Shown: positions 12,189 through 21,574 of the stretch, piece after piece | Numbering within the stretch: position 1 is the first letter of the stretch | How the letters are laid out: every line of letters starts with the position of its first letter | Assembly (NCBI GenBank): GCA_963422395.1 | Contig: OY729431.1 | Location: forward strand, 1,632,001 to 1,696,000 | Direction of reading: 5' to 3' | Source of the DNA: Vicinamibacteria bacterium | Lineage (GTDB): Bacteria; Acidobacteriota; Vicinamibacteria; Marinacidobacterales; Marinacidobacteraceae | Length of the DNA stretch: 64,000 bases | Notes under the pieces: generated by a model | Database searches by the model: none | What the model was told of the DNA's origin: nothing | What the model saw: the letters and a program-made list of their open reading frames with translations, nothing else | Program-made: the position numbers and the translations under genes

Positions 12189-14103
12189 GGCGGCGGATCC
12201 GCGGGGTCAGGAAGATGAGCAGCTCTTCGTCCCTCCGGTTCTGCTCCCGCGAGCGGAACAGGTGCCCCAGCAGGGGAATTCGGTGGAGACCCGGCACCCG
12301 CCCCTGGTCCTGCGATTCCTGCGTGGCGAAGACTCCCCCGATGACCGTAGTGGCACCGTCCACCACCCGGACGCGGGTGGTGGCGTGCTGGGTGACGATG
12401 CTGGGGATCCCGCCGACCGCCTGCCCGAAGTCCAGGGAGTCGTTGCTGACCTGCATGTCGAGGAGCACGGTGCCTTCGGAGCTCACTAACGGAGTCACCG
12501 TCAGTTCGAGGACCGCATCGCGGAATTGGACCGTCACGGTGTTGTTCGCCACCACCTGCACCGGAAAGGTCACCCCCTGCTTGATCGTGGCCGAGCGGGC
12601 GTTCTGCGCCACGATTCGCGGAGCCGAAAGAATCCTCACATCCCCCTTCTTCTCCGCCGCAGCGAGGGCGAGATCGAGGTGGGCAGCTCCGCCCAGGGCG
12701 CCGAGGGCGATCCCGAGCGCCCCGGTGGGTGCGCCGCTGATCGGGAGGCTCACCGCGTAACCAGGCCTTTCGCCCTCCGCGTTCGCCGGGGCGAGCACCC
12801 CCGCTCCGCCGTTGCCTGCGGTGAAGGAAGAGCTCGCACTCCCGATCGCGTCGCCGCCGAGGCGAAAGGATTCGGGGAAGATCTTGCCGGTGCGCTCGCG
12901 GACGAGCCCTCCTCCCCACTGGATGCCGAGCCGCTGGGTGAGGGTGTGGGCGGCCAGCACGATCCGCGCCTCGATCTCGACTCCCGGCGCGGGGATGTCC
13001 AGCGCATCCAGAATGGTTTCGAGCTCCCGAATTCTGACCCCCACATCGGTCACCAGCAGGGTCCCGGTCCGGGCATCGGCGATCAGGGCGCCCCTTTCGC
13101 TGAGCCGGCCCTCGATCAATTCTTCGATTTCTTCGGGCCGCACATAGGCGAGGGTGCGCCGCAGGGTCACCAGCTCTCCGGCGAGCTCGTGCTGGTCCCG
13201 GTGGCGCCGCAGGTCCATGCGCTCGGCAGCCAGATCCGCGAGCTCCCCGACCCGCAACACATTGCCCTCGACGATTTGGCCGAGTCCATGGGACCGCAGG
13301 ATCACATCGAGCGCCTGGTCCCAAGGGATCTCGGTGAGCCGGAGCGATATCCGCCCCTGAACTCCGGGCTGCAGCACGAAATCGAGACCGCTGATCTCGC
13401 TCAGAACCCGCAGTACATCCCGGAGATCGGCATCCCGGAAGTCGAGACTGACCCGTTCTGCGAGGCCCTGCCCCCCGTTCTCCCCTCTCTGGTCCAGCGC
13501 CCCGGCGGACGCCGCCCGGAGTGCCTCTGCGTCTGCGTCCGGCTCCTGATCGATATCCGGTTCGGGCGGCGGATCGTTCGACAGGCTGTCGAGCGCCGGA
13601 TTTCCCTCTGCGTCCGGCTCCTGACCGATATCCGGTTCGGACTCTTCGGCAGGCGGCGGCGCCGAAGCGGTGCTGCCCGCGGGCTCGGACCGACCGGTGC
13701 AAGCGACTTCCAGACCGGACTCCGGAAGCCGCAAGTCGCACGAAACGCCCGGAGCGAGGCGAAAGCGGATCCCTTCCTCTCCGTCCGGCTCGGTCACCAC
13801 GATCACTTCGAGGATCTCGGGAGTTTCCACTGCCAACGACCCCGCGATCCGGGCGAGATCCACCGCCGGGAGGAACAGGGAAAGGCGATCCGCCTCGCGG
13901 CGCACCACCTCCGGCTCGAGCCGCCCCTCGGCCGCGAGCCGCACGATCGTCCGCCCCGACTGCTGGTACAGGTGCAGCGCTTCGACCTCGGCGGCCGGTA
14001 GTTGCCCCAGGGCGTTCGCCGCCGCGAGGAACAGGGGGCCGAGATACAGCGCGGATGGGAGAGTGCGCAGAGTGCCGCGCCCGCCTCGGATCGACATCTT
14101 CAT
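12154..14103 (-). CDS. pilQ: type IV pilus secretin
   Basis: SLDFRDADLRDVL, IPWDQALD, DARTGTLLV, VEIEARIV, secretin tail VPGLHRIPLLGHLF..ELLIFLTPRI. Confidence 0.9.
   Translation of the reverse strand: MKMSIRGGRGTLRTLPSALYLGPLFLAAANALGQLPAAEVEALHLYQQSGRTIVRLAAEGRLEPEVVRREADRLSLFLPAVDLARIAGSLAVETPEILEVIVVTEPDGEEGIRFRLAPGVSCDLRLPESGLEVACTGRSEPAGSTASAPPPAEESEPDIGQEPDAEGNPALDSLSNDPPPEPDIDQEPDADAEALRAASAGALDQRGENGGQGLAERVSLDFRDADLRDVLRVLSEISGLDFVLQPGVQGRISLRLTEIPWDQALDVILRSHGLGQIVEGNVLRVGELADLAAERMDLRRHRDQHELAGELVTLRRTLAYVRPEEIEELIEGRLSERGALIADARTGTLLVTDVGVRIRELETILDALDIPAPGVEIEARIVLAAHTLTQRLGIQWGGGLVRERTGKIFPESFRLGGDAIGSASSSFTAGNGGAGVLAPANAEGERPGYAVSLPISGAPTGALGIALGALGGAAHLDLALAAAEKKGDVRILSAPRIVAQNARSATIKQGVTFPVQVVANNTVTVQFRDAVLELTVTPLVSSEGTVLLDMQVSNDSLDFGQAVGGIPSIVTQHATTRVRVVDGATTVIGGVFATQESQDQGRVPGLHRIPLLGHLFRSREQNRRDEELLIFLTPRIRRHGQLPSVEGGG
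13532..13640. repeat. 34-bp direct repeat (13532-13565, 13607-13640) in the pilQ linker
   Basis: TCTGCGTCCGGCTCCTGA(T/C)CGATATCCGGTTCGG twice; encodes EPDI(G/D)QEPDA. Confidence 0.85.
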
Positions 14104-14588
14104 CCTCCTCCCGGTGGGTCGGAACGAGATTCCGCAAGCGCCCGGAAAACCTCATGCTCTTCATCGTGGTCCGGAAGGAAGACCACTCCATCCTCCTGGA
14201 TGCGATGGACGACTCCATCCATGAGGCGCCCCCCCGGCAGAGTCACGAACGCCTCGCCGGACGGAGACTCGATGATCGCGAAGCCGAGTCGCCCTCGGAC
14301 GAGCTCGTAGCTTCCGGGTTCCGCGGCATCCCGAGGCGCGGCGAGACGAACGACGCCGCGAACGACCGCCTCCGCAACGCGGACCCCCGAGAGTCCCGGG
14401 GGGCGGGTCCCTCCTTCTGGGGATTCTTCCACCGGTCGAAATGGATCGCGCCCCGGCTCCCGGGGAGAGGCGCGCGCGGCCCGTGGCGGCTGCAGACCGG
14501 ATTCCGCACTGCCAGGCGGGGCGGCGGCCGCGGCGCGGGGCACGGCAGTCCCCACGAGCAACAGCGTCAGACGGAGAACCTGCTTCAA
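14100..14588 (-). CDS. PilP-like pilus assembly protein
   Basis: Lies between pilO and pilQ; signal peptide, RDPF motif, AIIESP..G..F......L.DG.V pattern. Confidence 0.7.
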   Translation of the reverse strand: MKQVLRLTLLLVGTAVPRAAAAAPPGSAESGLQPPRAARASPREPGRDPFRPVEESPEGGTRPPGLSGVRVAEAVVRGVVRLAAPRDAAEPGSYELVRGRLGFAIIESPSGEAFVTLPGGRLMDGVVHRIQEDGVVFLPDHDEEHEVFRALAESRSDPPGGG

Positions 14589-15172
14589 CGCCCGGCCGCC
14601 TCGGAAGCAGCGCCAGCTTCGGAGTTCCGGGGCTCCGACGGCCGCATCGTCACCGCGACCAATCGGCTTGCGAGACGGCCCCCGGCAGAGGCCCGCAGCT
14701 CCAATTCCTCGATCAGCACCAGCTGCGGCAGCGCCGACACCCGGTCGAAAAAGTGGACGAAACCGAAGAACTCCCCTTCGGCGACCACCGATACCGCCCG
14801 GGCGGTATAGCCATCGAGCCGGTATTCCGGTTCCGGGGCGAAACGGCCGAATTCCACTCCCGCTTCGGCCGCGAGCACGGGGAGCGAGTGCAAGACCGCC
14901 TCGGCCTCTCCGCTCCGGGAGAGGATGCCGCGGAGCGCGGTCAACCGTTCCCGCGTTTTCTCCAGATCGTCCGCGAGAGCCCGGCTCTCTCCCTCTCGCA
15001 TGCCGGCGCCAGGAGCAGCAACCGCTTCGGCGAGCGTTGCGGCCAGGCCGGCGGCGGTGTTCTCCGCTTCGAAGAGCGTTGCGGTCCGCCGGGGTCGAAC
15101 CAACATCCGGTAGCTTCCATACGAGACCCCCGCGGCCAGCAGGAACAGCGCCAGGCGCCGCAGTCCGGGCAT
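14585..15172 (-). CDS. pilO: type IV pilus assembly protein PilO
   Basis: N-terminal TM helix, coiled coil, GEFFGFVHFFDRVSALPQLV; ATG at 15172. Confidence 0.75.
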   Translation of the reverse strand: MPGLRRLALFLLAAGVSYGSYRMLVRPRRTATLFEAENTAAGLAATLAEAVAAPGAGMREGESRALADDLEKTRERLTALRGILSRSGEAEAVLHSLPVLAAEAGVEFGRFAPEPEYRLDGYTARAVSVVAEGEFFGFVHFFDRVSALPQLVLIEELELRASAGGRLASRLVAVTMRPSEPRNSEAGAASEAAGR

Positions 15173-15792
15173 CAGGACCCGCCGCCCCTCTCGCCTTCCA
15201 CCGGAATGACGACCGCGAAGGGCCCGGGTTCGCGCGAATGGAACTGCAGCTCTCCGCCGAGGGCGAAGCGTTGCCCGCCAGCAGCAGGGGAATCCTCCAC
15301 CCGCTCGACCCAGAGCAGCTCCAGCGCGTGCAACCGGTCGAGGCGAGTCAACGCTCGGGCCGCCTCCGCGACGCTGTCGGCGGAGCCGGTCCGCGCGGTG
15401 ATCCAGATCCGGGAGCCCTCCCTTCGCAGTTCTTCCAAAACGACTTCCTCGGAAACGCCGACCGCGAGCCCGCGCAAAAGTTCGGGAAACAGGAACCTCT
15501 CTTCGTCCCAGCGGGCGAGACGCCGCTCGCTCGCCTGGAGATCCGACAGCAGCTCGCGCGCGGCCGCCAGCCGATCCCCGGCCCCCTCGTGTTCGGCGAT
15601 CTGTTGCGTCAGCCGATCCCCCTCTTCCTGGGCGGCGAGAATTCGGCGGCCCAGAGAGCGGTCCTCCCAGAACGCGAGAAGCGCGGTGCCGGCCAGCAGC
15701 AGCACTCCCGCGAGGAACCCCGTCCGGTGCGGCGGGCCAGGAGGCGATTTCGGACGGGAGCGCCGGGCGTTTTCGCGTGGCAGCAGGTTCAT
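15172..15792 (-). CDS. pilN: type IV pilus assembly protein PilN
   Basis: Starts MNLLP (PilM-binding INLLP motif), then TM helix and coiled coil. Confidence 0.75.
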   Translation of the reverse strand: MNLLPRENARRSRPKSPPGPPHRTGFLAGVLLLAGTALLAFWEDRSLGRRILAAQEEGDRLTQQIAEHEGAGDRLAAARELLSDLQASERRLARWDEERFLFPELLRGLAVGVSEEVVLEELRREGSRIWITARTGSADSVAEAARALTRLDRLHALELLWVERVEDSPAAGGQRFALGGELQFHSREPGPFAVVIPVEGERGGGS

Positions 15793-16961
15793 TGAGAGGA
15801 TCGCCGGTTCCGAGCGGCCGCGAGATCGAACAGCTGCCGCGCGGCCAACCCGGCAGCCAGTTCCAGCCCGGCATCGCCGGACCGCACCGCAAACCGGCGC
15901 CAGGGATCGATCGGAACCGGCTCGCCGGCGGAAAGCCCCGCGAACGCAGCTGCGACCCCGGGAAGAGCTGCCCGGCCGCCGCCGAGCCTCACCGGCAGGG
16001 GTGGTGAAAGGCCGGCTTCTCGGACGGCCTCCTCGGCAGCGGCAGCGATCCGCCGGACGAACACGCCGCCCGCCTCTCCCTCTTCGTCGTCCCACCCTGT
16101 CTGCCCGAGCACCGCCGCCGCCTGGACGCTCGCCAGCAGCTCCCCCGGAGCGTCAGGGCCATTAGCGTCAGTGCCATCAGCGTCAGGGCCCGGAGTGCCG
16201 GCGCCCGGAACGGAATCGGGATCGACCGCCGCGAAGTACGGCTCCGGGGGAGCGCCGAACACATGGACGCCGGCTCGGGAAGCTCCGATCTCCACGAGGA
16301 GGAAGGGCCCCGGCGGCTCGGAGACTTTGGAAGACACCGCCAGCCGTGCCGCGCTGAAGAGGGCGTAGGGTTCGAGATCCACCCGGGCTACTTCGAGGCC
16401 GCCCCGGACCGCCGCGTCGCAGTGTGCCCGAACCGTGCTCCGCGGCGCCGCGCCGAAAACCAGAAGGCCGTTCCCGCCTGCCGATGCGGACTCCGTCGCC
16501 CCGAACGCCGATACGGGCCCCGGACTTCGCTGGTAGTCGAACTCCAGGTCCTCGATGTGGAACGGCAGGTGGCGGGCGGCCTCCCGGCCGACCTCCTCCC
16601 GAAACGATTCGCCCGACCTCGGGTCCCTGGCGGGCGCAGGAAGCCGCTTGACGAACACCGAACTCCCACCGACGGCGAGCGCTGCGATTCGACAGCGGAT
16701 CCGGCGGCGCTGCAGCAGGCGCCGCAGCGCCGCCCCCGCACTTTCCGGATCATGCACCACTCCGTCCCGAACCACGCCGGGGCTGAGCGCCTCCTGGCCC
16801 GATGCCAGCAGAGAAAGTCTCTTTTGGTCCCAGCCGAGTGCTACTGCCTTGACCCCTGCGGAACCGAAATCCACTCCGAGGCCTTGGGGCGGCCGCTGCC
16901 AGCCGAGAGTGATGGGGAACACATCTCTACAGGGACGGAATTGCGACCGAAAAATTCCCAC
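15789..16961 (-). CDS. pilM: type IV pilus assembly protein PilM (divergent)
   Basis: GVDFGSAGVKAV actin-like motif, EAARHLPF...FDY, VEIGA, LGGG, AAGLA; start uncertain. Confidence 0.8.
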   Translation of the reverse strand: MGIFRSQFRPCRDVFPITLGWQRPPQGLGVDFGSAGVKAVALGWDQKRLSLLASGQEALSPGVVRDGVVHDPESAGAALRRLLQRRRIRCRIAALAVGGSSVFVKRLPAPARDPRSGESFREEVGREAARHLPFHIEDLEFDYQRSPGPVSAFGATESASAGGNGLLVFGAAPRSTVRAHCDAAVRGGLEVARVDLEPYALFSAARLAVSSKVSEPPGPFLLVEIGASRAGVHVFGAPPEPYFAAVDPDSVPGAGTPGPDADGTDANGPDAPGELLASVQAAAVLGQTGWDDEEGEAGGVFVRRIAAAAEEAVREAGLSPPLPVRLGGGRAALPGVAAAFAGLSAGEPVPIDPWRRFAVRSGDAGLELAAGLAARQLFDLAAARNRRSSQ

Positions 16962-17155
16962 TTGGGGAGCCTTTGTGGAAAAGTCATGTCAATAGGCTTG
17001 AAAACCCATGCCTTTCTTGGGAAATCAGCACCTGGAGTTCAATCCGGATGCCCTTCTCGGGCCTCCTCGTCGTCCCCGGGCCGCGGGGGTCCCCGAGCAG
17101 TCACATCCCTTTCCCTCCGGAGGATGGAGGAAGGGAAACGCGCTTCGGAGAGCGG

Positions 17156-18331
17156 TCAGTGGAGCCCGCAGCGGAACGGACGGTCGGCGAACGGAATCCG
17201 GATGCGCGAACCGGAACGGACGCGGACTCCGGCGGCCGCACTGGCGGAGATCGACTCCCAATAGCGGCTCGCCGCGATGTCGAGGCAGTCTGTCCGGCCG
17301 TGGCCGAAGTAATCGTCCCGCCCCACATCGATGAACGCTTCGGAGCGCGGCTCGCGTTCGACCCCCGCGTACATCACATCCTCGGGGGCGTCCTGGACAT
17401 GGGCGCCGCCCCCCTGGTTCGGGGCGCAGGAAGCGACCGCACCGAAGACATGGAACAGTTCGTGAACCATCACCCCTTCATAGGTGGATGCTTCCTCGGG
17501 GTCCATCCCCGGAGAACTGTTGCTGCATCCGTCGCGATGCACATACACGGCACCCACCTTGCCGTGGAGATTGGCGCTGCCGCAGACTCCGGCGGACCGT
17601 CCGGCGTAGTACACCGCGTAGATCTTGTTTTCCGCGATTCCGATGCTGCGCGCGATCTCCAGCTCGATCGATTGCACCAGCGAACCGCTCTGCCCGTCTC
17701 CCTCCTGGTGGGTGAAGGGCAGCCGGAGGAAGCTCACATCGAGTTCGCCCCCGTAGGTGTCGAGCAGCAGGCGCCGCCCGACCTCGTCGGCGAGCCAGTT
17801 CTGGATCGCCTCGAACGAAGTGGAGATATCGCCGTAGCGATCCAGGTTTCCGTCCTCCACATCGCTCGGGAGGGCGTACACCACATGGATCTGCGGACCG
17901 TCGAAATCGTCGGGCCGATCCTCGGTGAACCTGCGATTCGGCTCCTCCACCTCGAAAGAGAGCCTTTCCGTGAAACTTTCGAAGGAGGCGGTGATCTCCG
18001 TCTCACCCGCACCCATTCCGGTGACCGTCCCATCTGCGGCAACCGCAGCGACCGCGGGAGCGGAGGAAGACCAGGCGGCGGTCACCGTGCCGGTGGTGCC
18101 GTCGTCGTATAGCCCGTAAGCGATGAGCGGACCGACGACCTGCCCCACGCGGATCGCAGTCCGTTCCACGACGATTTCCAGTCCGGTGAGCTGACGCGGC
18201 GAGGCGGAGGGAGCCTGGGGAACGACTGGAACGCCCCCATCGCTGCCGCCGCCGCACGAAAACGCGAGGAGCGCGCCGGCGAATGCCGCAGCCGCTGGCG
18301 ACCCCGGGGGCCTTCTGCATCTCCCGAACAT
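17156..18331 (-). CDS. lipoprotein with Ig-like (Big_2) domain and zincin metallopeptidase domain
   Basis: Lipobox LAFSC; WSSSAPAVAAVAADGTVTG..GETEITA (Big_2); HELFHVFG (HExxH). Confidence 0.75.
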   Translation of the reverse strand: MFGRCRRPPGSPAAAAFAGALLAFSCGGGSDGGVPVVPQAPSASPRQLTGLEIVVERTAIRVGQVVGPLIAYGLYDDGTTGTVTAAWSSSAPAVAAVAADGTVTGMGAGETEITASFESFTERLSFEVEEPNRRFTEDRPDDFDGPQIHVVYALPSDVEDGNLDRYGDISTSFEAIQNWLADEVGRRLLLDTYGGELDVSFLRLPFTHQEGDGQSGSLVQSIELEIARSIGIAENKIYAVYYAGRSAGVCGSANLHGKVGAVYVHRDGCSNSSPGMDPEEASTYEGVMVHELFHVFGAVASCAPNQGGGAHVQDAPEDVMYAGVEREPRSEAFIDVGRDDYFGHGRTDCLDIAASRYWESISASAAAGVRVRSGSRIRIPFADRPFRCGLH

Positions 18332-18347
18332 GGTGCCGCTCAGGATC

Positions 18348-18953
18348 CTACCAACCCCCTCGCTGATCCTCCCGCCCGCCGCCGGGCGGCCTGCAGCGCC
18401 GGAAGCAGCGAAGAACATGATCGTTCACGATTCCGGTCGCCTGCATGTGCGCGTAGAGGATCGTGCTGCCCACGAAACGAAAACCCCGAGTCTTCAAGTC
18501 CCCGGCGATCGCCTCGGACTCCTCGGTGCTCGCCGGAACCTGATCGTCTCGCTCCCAGCGGTTGCTCCGCGGCGCATCCCCGACGAAATTCCGAAGGTAG
18601 GCCCAGAAACTGCCGAATTCACTCCCGACCTCGAGAAAGCATTTCGCGTTGTTCACCGCGGCCTCCACCTTGGCGCGATTGCGGACGATCGCCGGATCGC
18701 GGCACAGGCGCTCGATGTCGGATGCCCCGAACCGGGCTACCCGGCGGGGATCGAACTCGGCGAAGGCCCGGCGGTAGCCCGCCCGGCGTTTCAGGATGGT
18801 GGCCCAACGGAGTCCGGCCTGCGCCGATTCGAGGATCAGGAACTCGAACTGCACGCGGTCCTCCCGCGCCGGAACCCCCCACTCTTCGTCGTGGTAGCGG
18901 ATGTACTCGGGGAAGGTCCCCTCAGCCCAGCGGCACCGGGGCGGCTCGCTCAC
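18348..18953 (-). CDS. tag: DNA-3-methyladenine glycosylase I
   Basis: RCRWA, YHDEEWG, LESAQAGL.W.TILK, IVRNRAK, MQATGIVNDH..CF. Confidence 0.93.
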   Translation of the reverse strand: MSEPPRCRWAEGTFPEYIRYHDEEWGVPAREDRVQFEFLILESAQAGLRWATILKRRAGYRRAFAEFDPRRVARFGASDIERLCRDPAIVRNRAKVEAAVNNAKCFLEVGSEFGSFWAYLRNFVGDAPRSNRWERDDQVPASTEESEAIAGDLKTRGFRFVGSTILYAHMQATGIVNDHVLRCFRRCRPPGGGREDQRGGW

Positions 18954-19534
18954 CCGTCGGTATCGGCGCCGGTCTCGTAGCCGCGGATCTCCGCCTCGCG
19001 GGAGAGCAGGAAATCGAGCGGCCCGACTCCCGTGACGAGGCAGCGGCGGTCGAAAGGATCGAGTCGGAAGCGGGTGATGCCGCCCCCCGGCAGGCGCACC
19101 GTTCCGGCGGGCACATCGATCACCGTCTCTTCCCCGGGCGCGACGGCGAACGCCTCGTAAGCCGCTGTCTCGAGCTCCACCGGGACGAGACCGTTGCGCA
19201 CCGAGTTGCCCTTGAAGATATCCGCGAGAGACGAGCTCAGCACCGCAGCGAAACCAGCGTCGCGGAGCGCCCACACGGCGTGTTCGCGGGAAGAGCCGCA
19301 ACCGAAATTGGCCCCCGCCACCAGGATCCGGGCGCCCCCTGCTTCCGGCCGGTTCAGCGGGAAGTCCGGACGCAGTGTTCCGGAAACATCGCGGCGCCAA
19401 TCGGCGAACAGGCCGGCTCCGAGTCCGCCGCGCCGGGTCCCGGTCAGAAACCGCGCCGGGATGATCTGGTCGGTGTCCACATTCTCGACGGCAAGCACGA
19501 CGGTGCGGGAGACGATGCGCCGCACCGGTTCCAT
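18950..19534 (-). CDS. leuD: 3-isopropylmalate dehydratase small subunit
   Basis: NVDTDQIIPARFL, NFGCGSSREHAVWAL. Confidence 0.95.
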   Translation of the reverse strand: MEPVRRIVSRTVVLAVENVDTDQIIPARFLTGTRRGGLGAGLFADWRRDVSGTLRPDFPLNRPEAGGARILVAGANFGCGSSREHAVWALRDAGFAAVLSSSLADIFKGNSVRNGLVPVELETAAYEAFAVAPGEETVIDVPAGTVRLPGGGITRFRLDPFDRRCLVTGVGPLDFLLSREAEIRGYETGADTDG

Positions 19535-19544
19535 ATCGGCTTCC

Positions 19545-20945
19545 TCAGGGGGCGAGAAGCGGACGCGGGTCGGCGACCACTCCCGCGATAGCGGCGGCGG
19601 CGGCGGTCACCGGCGAGGCCAGCACCGTCCGCCCGCCCGGGCCTTGGCGGCCCTCGAAGTTCCGATTCGAGGTCGAAACCGCGAGCTCCGTCGGCGACAA
19701 CCGATCTCCGTTCATCGCGATACACATCGAACAGCCCGGTTCCCTCCATTCGGCACCGGCGCTGCGAAAGACCTCGTCGAGCCCTTCCGCCTGCGCCTGG
19801 GCGCGGACGGCCGCCGAGCCCGGAACGACCAGCATTCGCGTATCCGGATGGGTTCGGCGGCCGCGCATCAGGGCGGCGGCGGCTCGCAGATCGGAGATTC
19901 GGGCGTTCGTGCAGCTCCCCAGGAACACCACATCCACCGAGCGGCCGAGGAGCGGGCGGCCCGGCTCGATCCCCATGTATTCGAGCGCGGCCCGCTCTTC
20001 CGCATGGCTCGGTTCGGGCACTGCCTCCGAGACTCCGCAGGACATCGCCGGGCTCGTTCCCCAGGTCACCATCGGTGACAGCGTCCCGGCGTCGAACTCG
20101 AGGGCGCGTTCGAACTCGGCTCCCTCATCGCCCGCGAGACGGCGCCAACGCGCGGCGGCGTCGGCGAATGCTCGCCCCGAGGGAACCTGCTCCCTGCCCT
20201 CCAGATACTCGAAGGTCGTCTCGTCGGGCGCGACCAGGCCCGCACGGGCGCCGGCCTCGATGGACATGTTGCAAAGGGTCATCCGCGCTTCCATGTCGAG
20301 GCTGCGGACCACGGAGCCCCGATATTCGATCACCAGTCCGCGCCCGACATCCACGCCGAAGCGTCGGATCACCCCGAGGATCAGGTCCTTCGCCGAGACC
20401 CCGGGGCCGAGCCGGCCCCGGATCTCGATCCCGAGGGTTCCGGGCCGCCGTTGCAGCAGGCACTGCGTCGCCAGGACCTGGGCTACCTCGGTGGTTCCGA
20501 TACCGAACGCCCAGGCCCCGAAGGCACCGTGGGTGCTGGTGTGGCTGTCGCCGCAGACGATGATGCGCCCCGGCTGGGTGAGGCCGAGTTCCGGCCCGAT
20601 CACATGGACGATGCCCTGCCCCGGATCTCCCATTCGGAAGAGTGGAATTCCATGTTCCTCGCAGTTGCGTTCGAGCGCGGCGACCTGGTCGCGGGCGGCT
20701 TGGTCCACATAGGCGGGCCTGCCCCCCACGAAACGCGTCGGGATGGAATGGTCCACGGTCGCCCAGGTGCGGTCGGGCCGCCGCACTCCGAGCCCCCGCT
20801 CCCGGAGCAGATCGAACGCCTGCGGCGAGGTGACTTCGTGGATCAGATGCGTGTCCACATAGAGGACCGCCGGGTGATCGGCGCCAGCTTCGCACACCAC
20901 ATGGGCGTCCCAGATCTTGTCGAACAGTGTGCGCGGAGCCGTCAT
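19545..20945 (-). CDS. leuC: 3-isopropylmalate dehydratase large subunit
   Basis: [50 protein letters not shown]. Confidence 0.97.
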   Translation of the reverse strand: MTAPRTLFDKIWDAHVVCEAGADHPAVLYVDTHLIHEVTSPQAFDLLRERGLGVRRPDRTWATVDHSIPTRFVGGRPAYVDQAARDQVAALERNCEEHGIPLFRMGDPGQGIVHVIGPELGLTQPGRIIVCGDSHTSTHGAFGAWAFGIGTTEVAQVLATQCLLQRRPGTLGIEIRGRLGPGVSAKDLILGVIRRFGVDVGRGLVIEYRGSVVRSLDMEARMTLCNMSIEAGARAGLVAPDETTFEYLEGREQVPSGRAFADAAARWRRLAGDEGAEFERALEFDAGTLSPMVTWGTSPAMSCGVSEAVPEPSHAEERAALEYMGIEPGRPLLGRSVDVVFLGSCTNARISDLRAAAALMRGRRTHPDTRMLVVPGSAAVRAQAQAEGLDEVFRSAGAEWREPGCSMCIAMNGDRLSPTELAVSTSNRNFEGRQGPGGRTVLASPVTAAAAAIAGVVADPRPLLAP

Positions 20946-21514
20946 GAAGGGTCTGACGCCCCCCGGCGCGAACGGATCCGGGCGAGGTTCTCGGCCTCGC
21001 GGACGCGCCAGCGCCGTTCGGCTTCCGCCTGCGCCGCCACCAGCACCAGGCCGGTGAAGACCCCGATGCGAGGGAGGCCGTTCCAGCCGCCCTCCGGGTC
21101 GATCTCCCCGAGGCTCTCCGCCAGTTTCCCCGGATCGCGCTCTTCCCGAATCGCCTCCAGCGCCTCGTCGGAGAGCGCCGCGAGCGGAGACCCGTCCCGC
21201 GCGATGCCGAGGAGGCGGCTGCCGGCCTCGCCCAGTGCGGCCTGTTCCGATTCGGTGAGCAGCGGCTCGCCCCGCCGCCGGGCGCGCGCTTCCTCGCGTT
21301 CCAAGAGCAGCTTGCGCGCCGCGGTTCGATACGCAGCGAGCGAGTGCCGCTTGCCTACCTGCGGACCCAACACTCCCGTGAGTCCCTCGGAGGCATCAAG
21401 CCGAGAGACCTGCTCGATCACCTTGAGGGGGCGTTTTTCGAGAGAAGCCCGGGCGCTCGGGATCAGCTTCGCGGCCTTCTTCGGGATCAGCTTCGAGATC
21501 TTCTTCGGGGGCAA
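20942..21514 (-). CDS. hypothetical protein inside the leu operon
   Basis: 190-aa ORF filling the leuA-leuC gap; stop overlaps leuC start (ATGA); no recognised motif. Confidence 0.6.
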   Translation of the reverse strand: MPPKKISKLIPKKAAKLIPSARASLEKRPLKVIEQVSRLDASEGLTGVLGPQVGKRHSLAAYRTAARKLLLEREEARARRRGEPLLTESEQAALGEAGSRLLGIARDGSPLAALSDEALEAIREERDPGKLAESLGEIDPEGGWNGLPRIGVFTGLVLVAAQAEAERRWRVREAENLARIRSRRGASDPS

Positions 21515-21574
21515 GGGCGCGGGAGCCTAACCGACTCCCGCATTCGCCACCCCCATCGAAACGAACGGTGCGCT

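Noticed and set aside
16967-16992. GAGCCTTTGTGGAAAAGTCA resembling the repeat end, plus a TTGACA upstream of pilM
   Set aside because: The match needs gaps, and no -10 hexamer lies at proper spacing from the TTGACA.
17107-17135. Imperfect hairpin between the Ig-zincin gene and pilM as a terminator or ncRNA
   Set aside because: Bulged stem, no clear U-tract and no recognisable RNA family.
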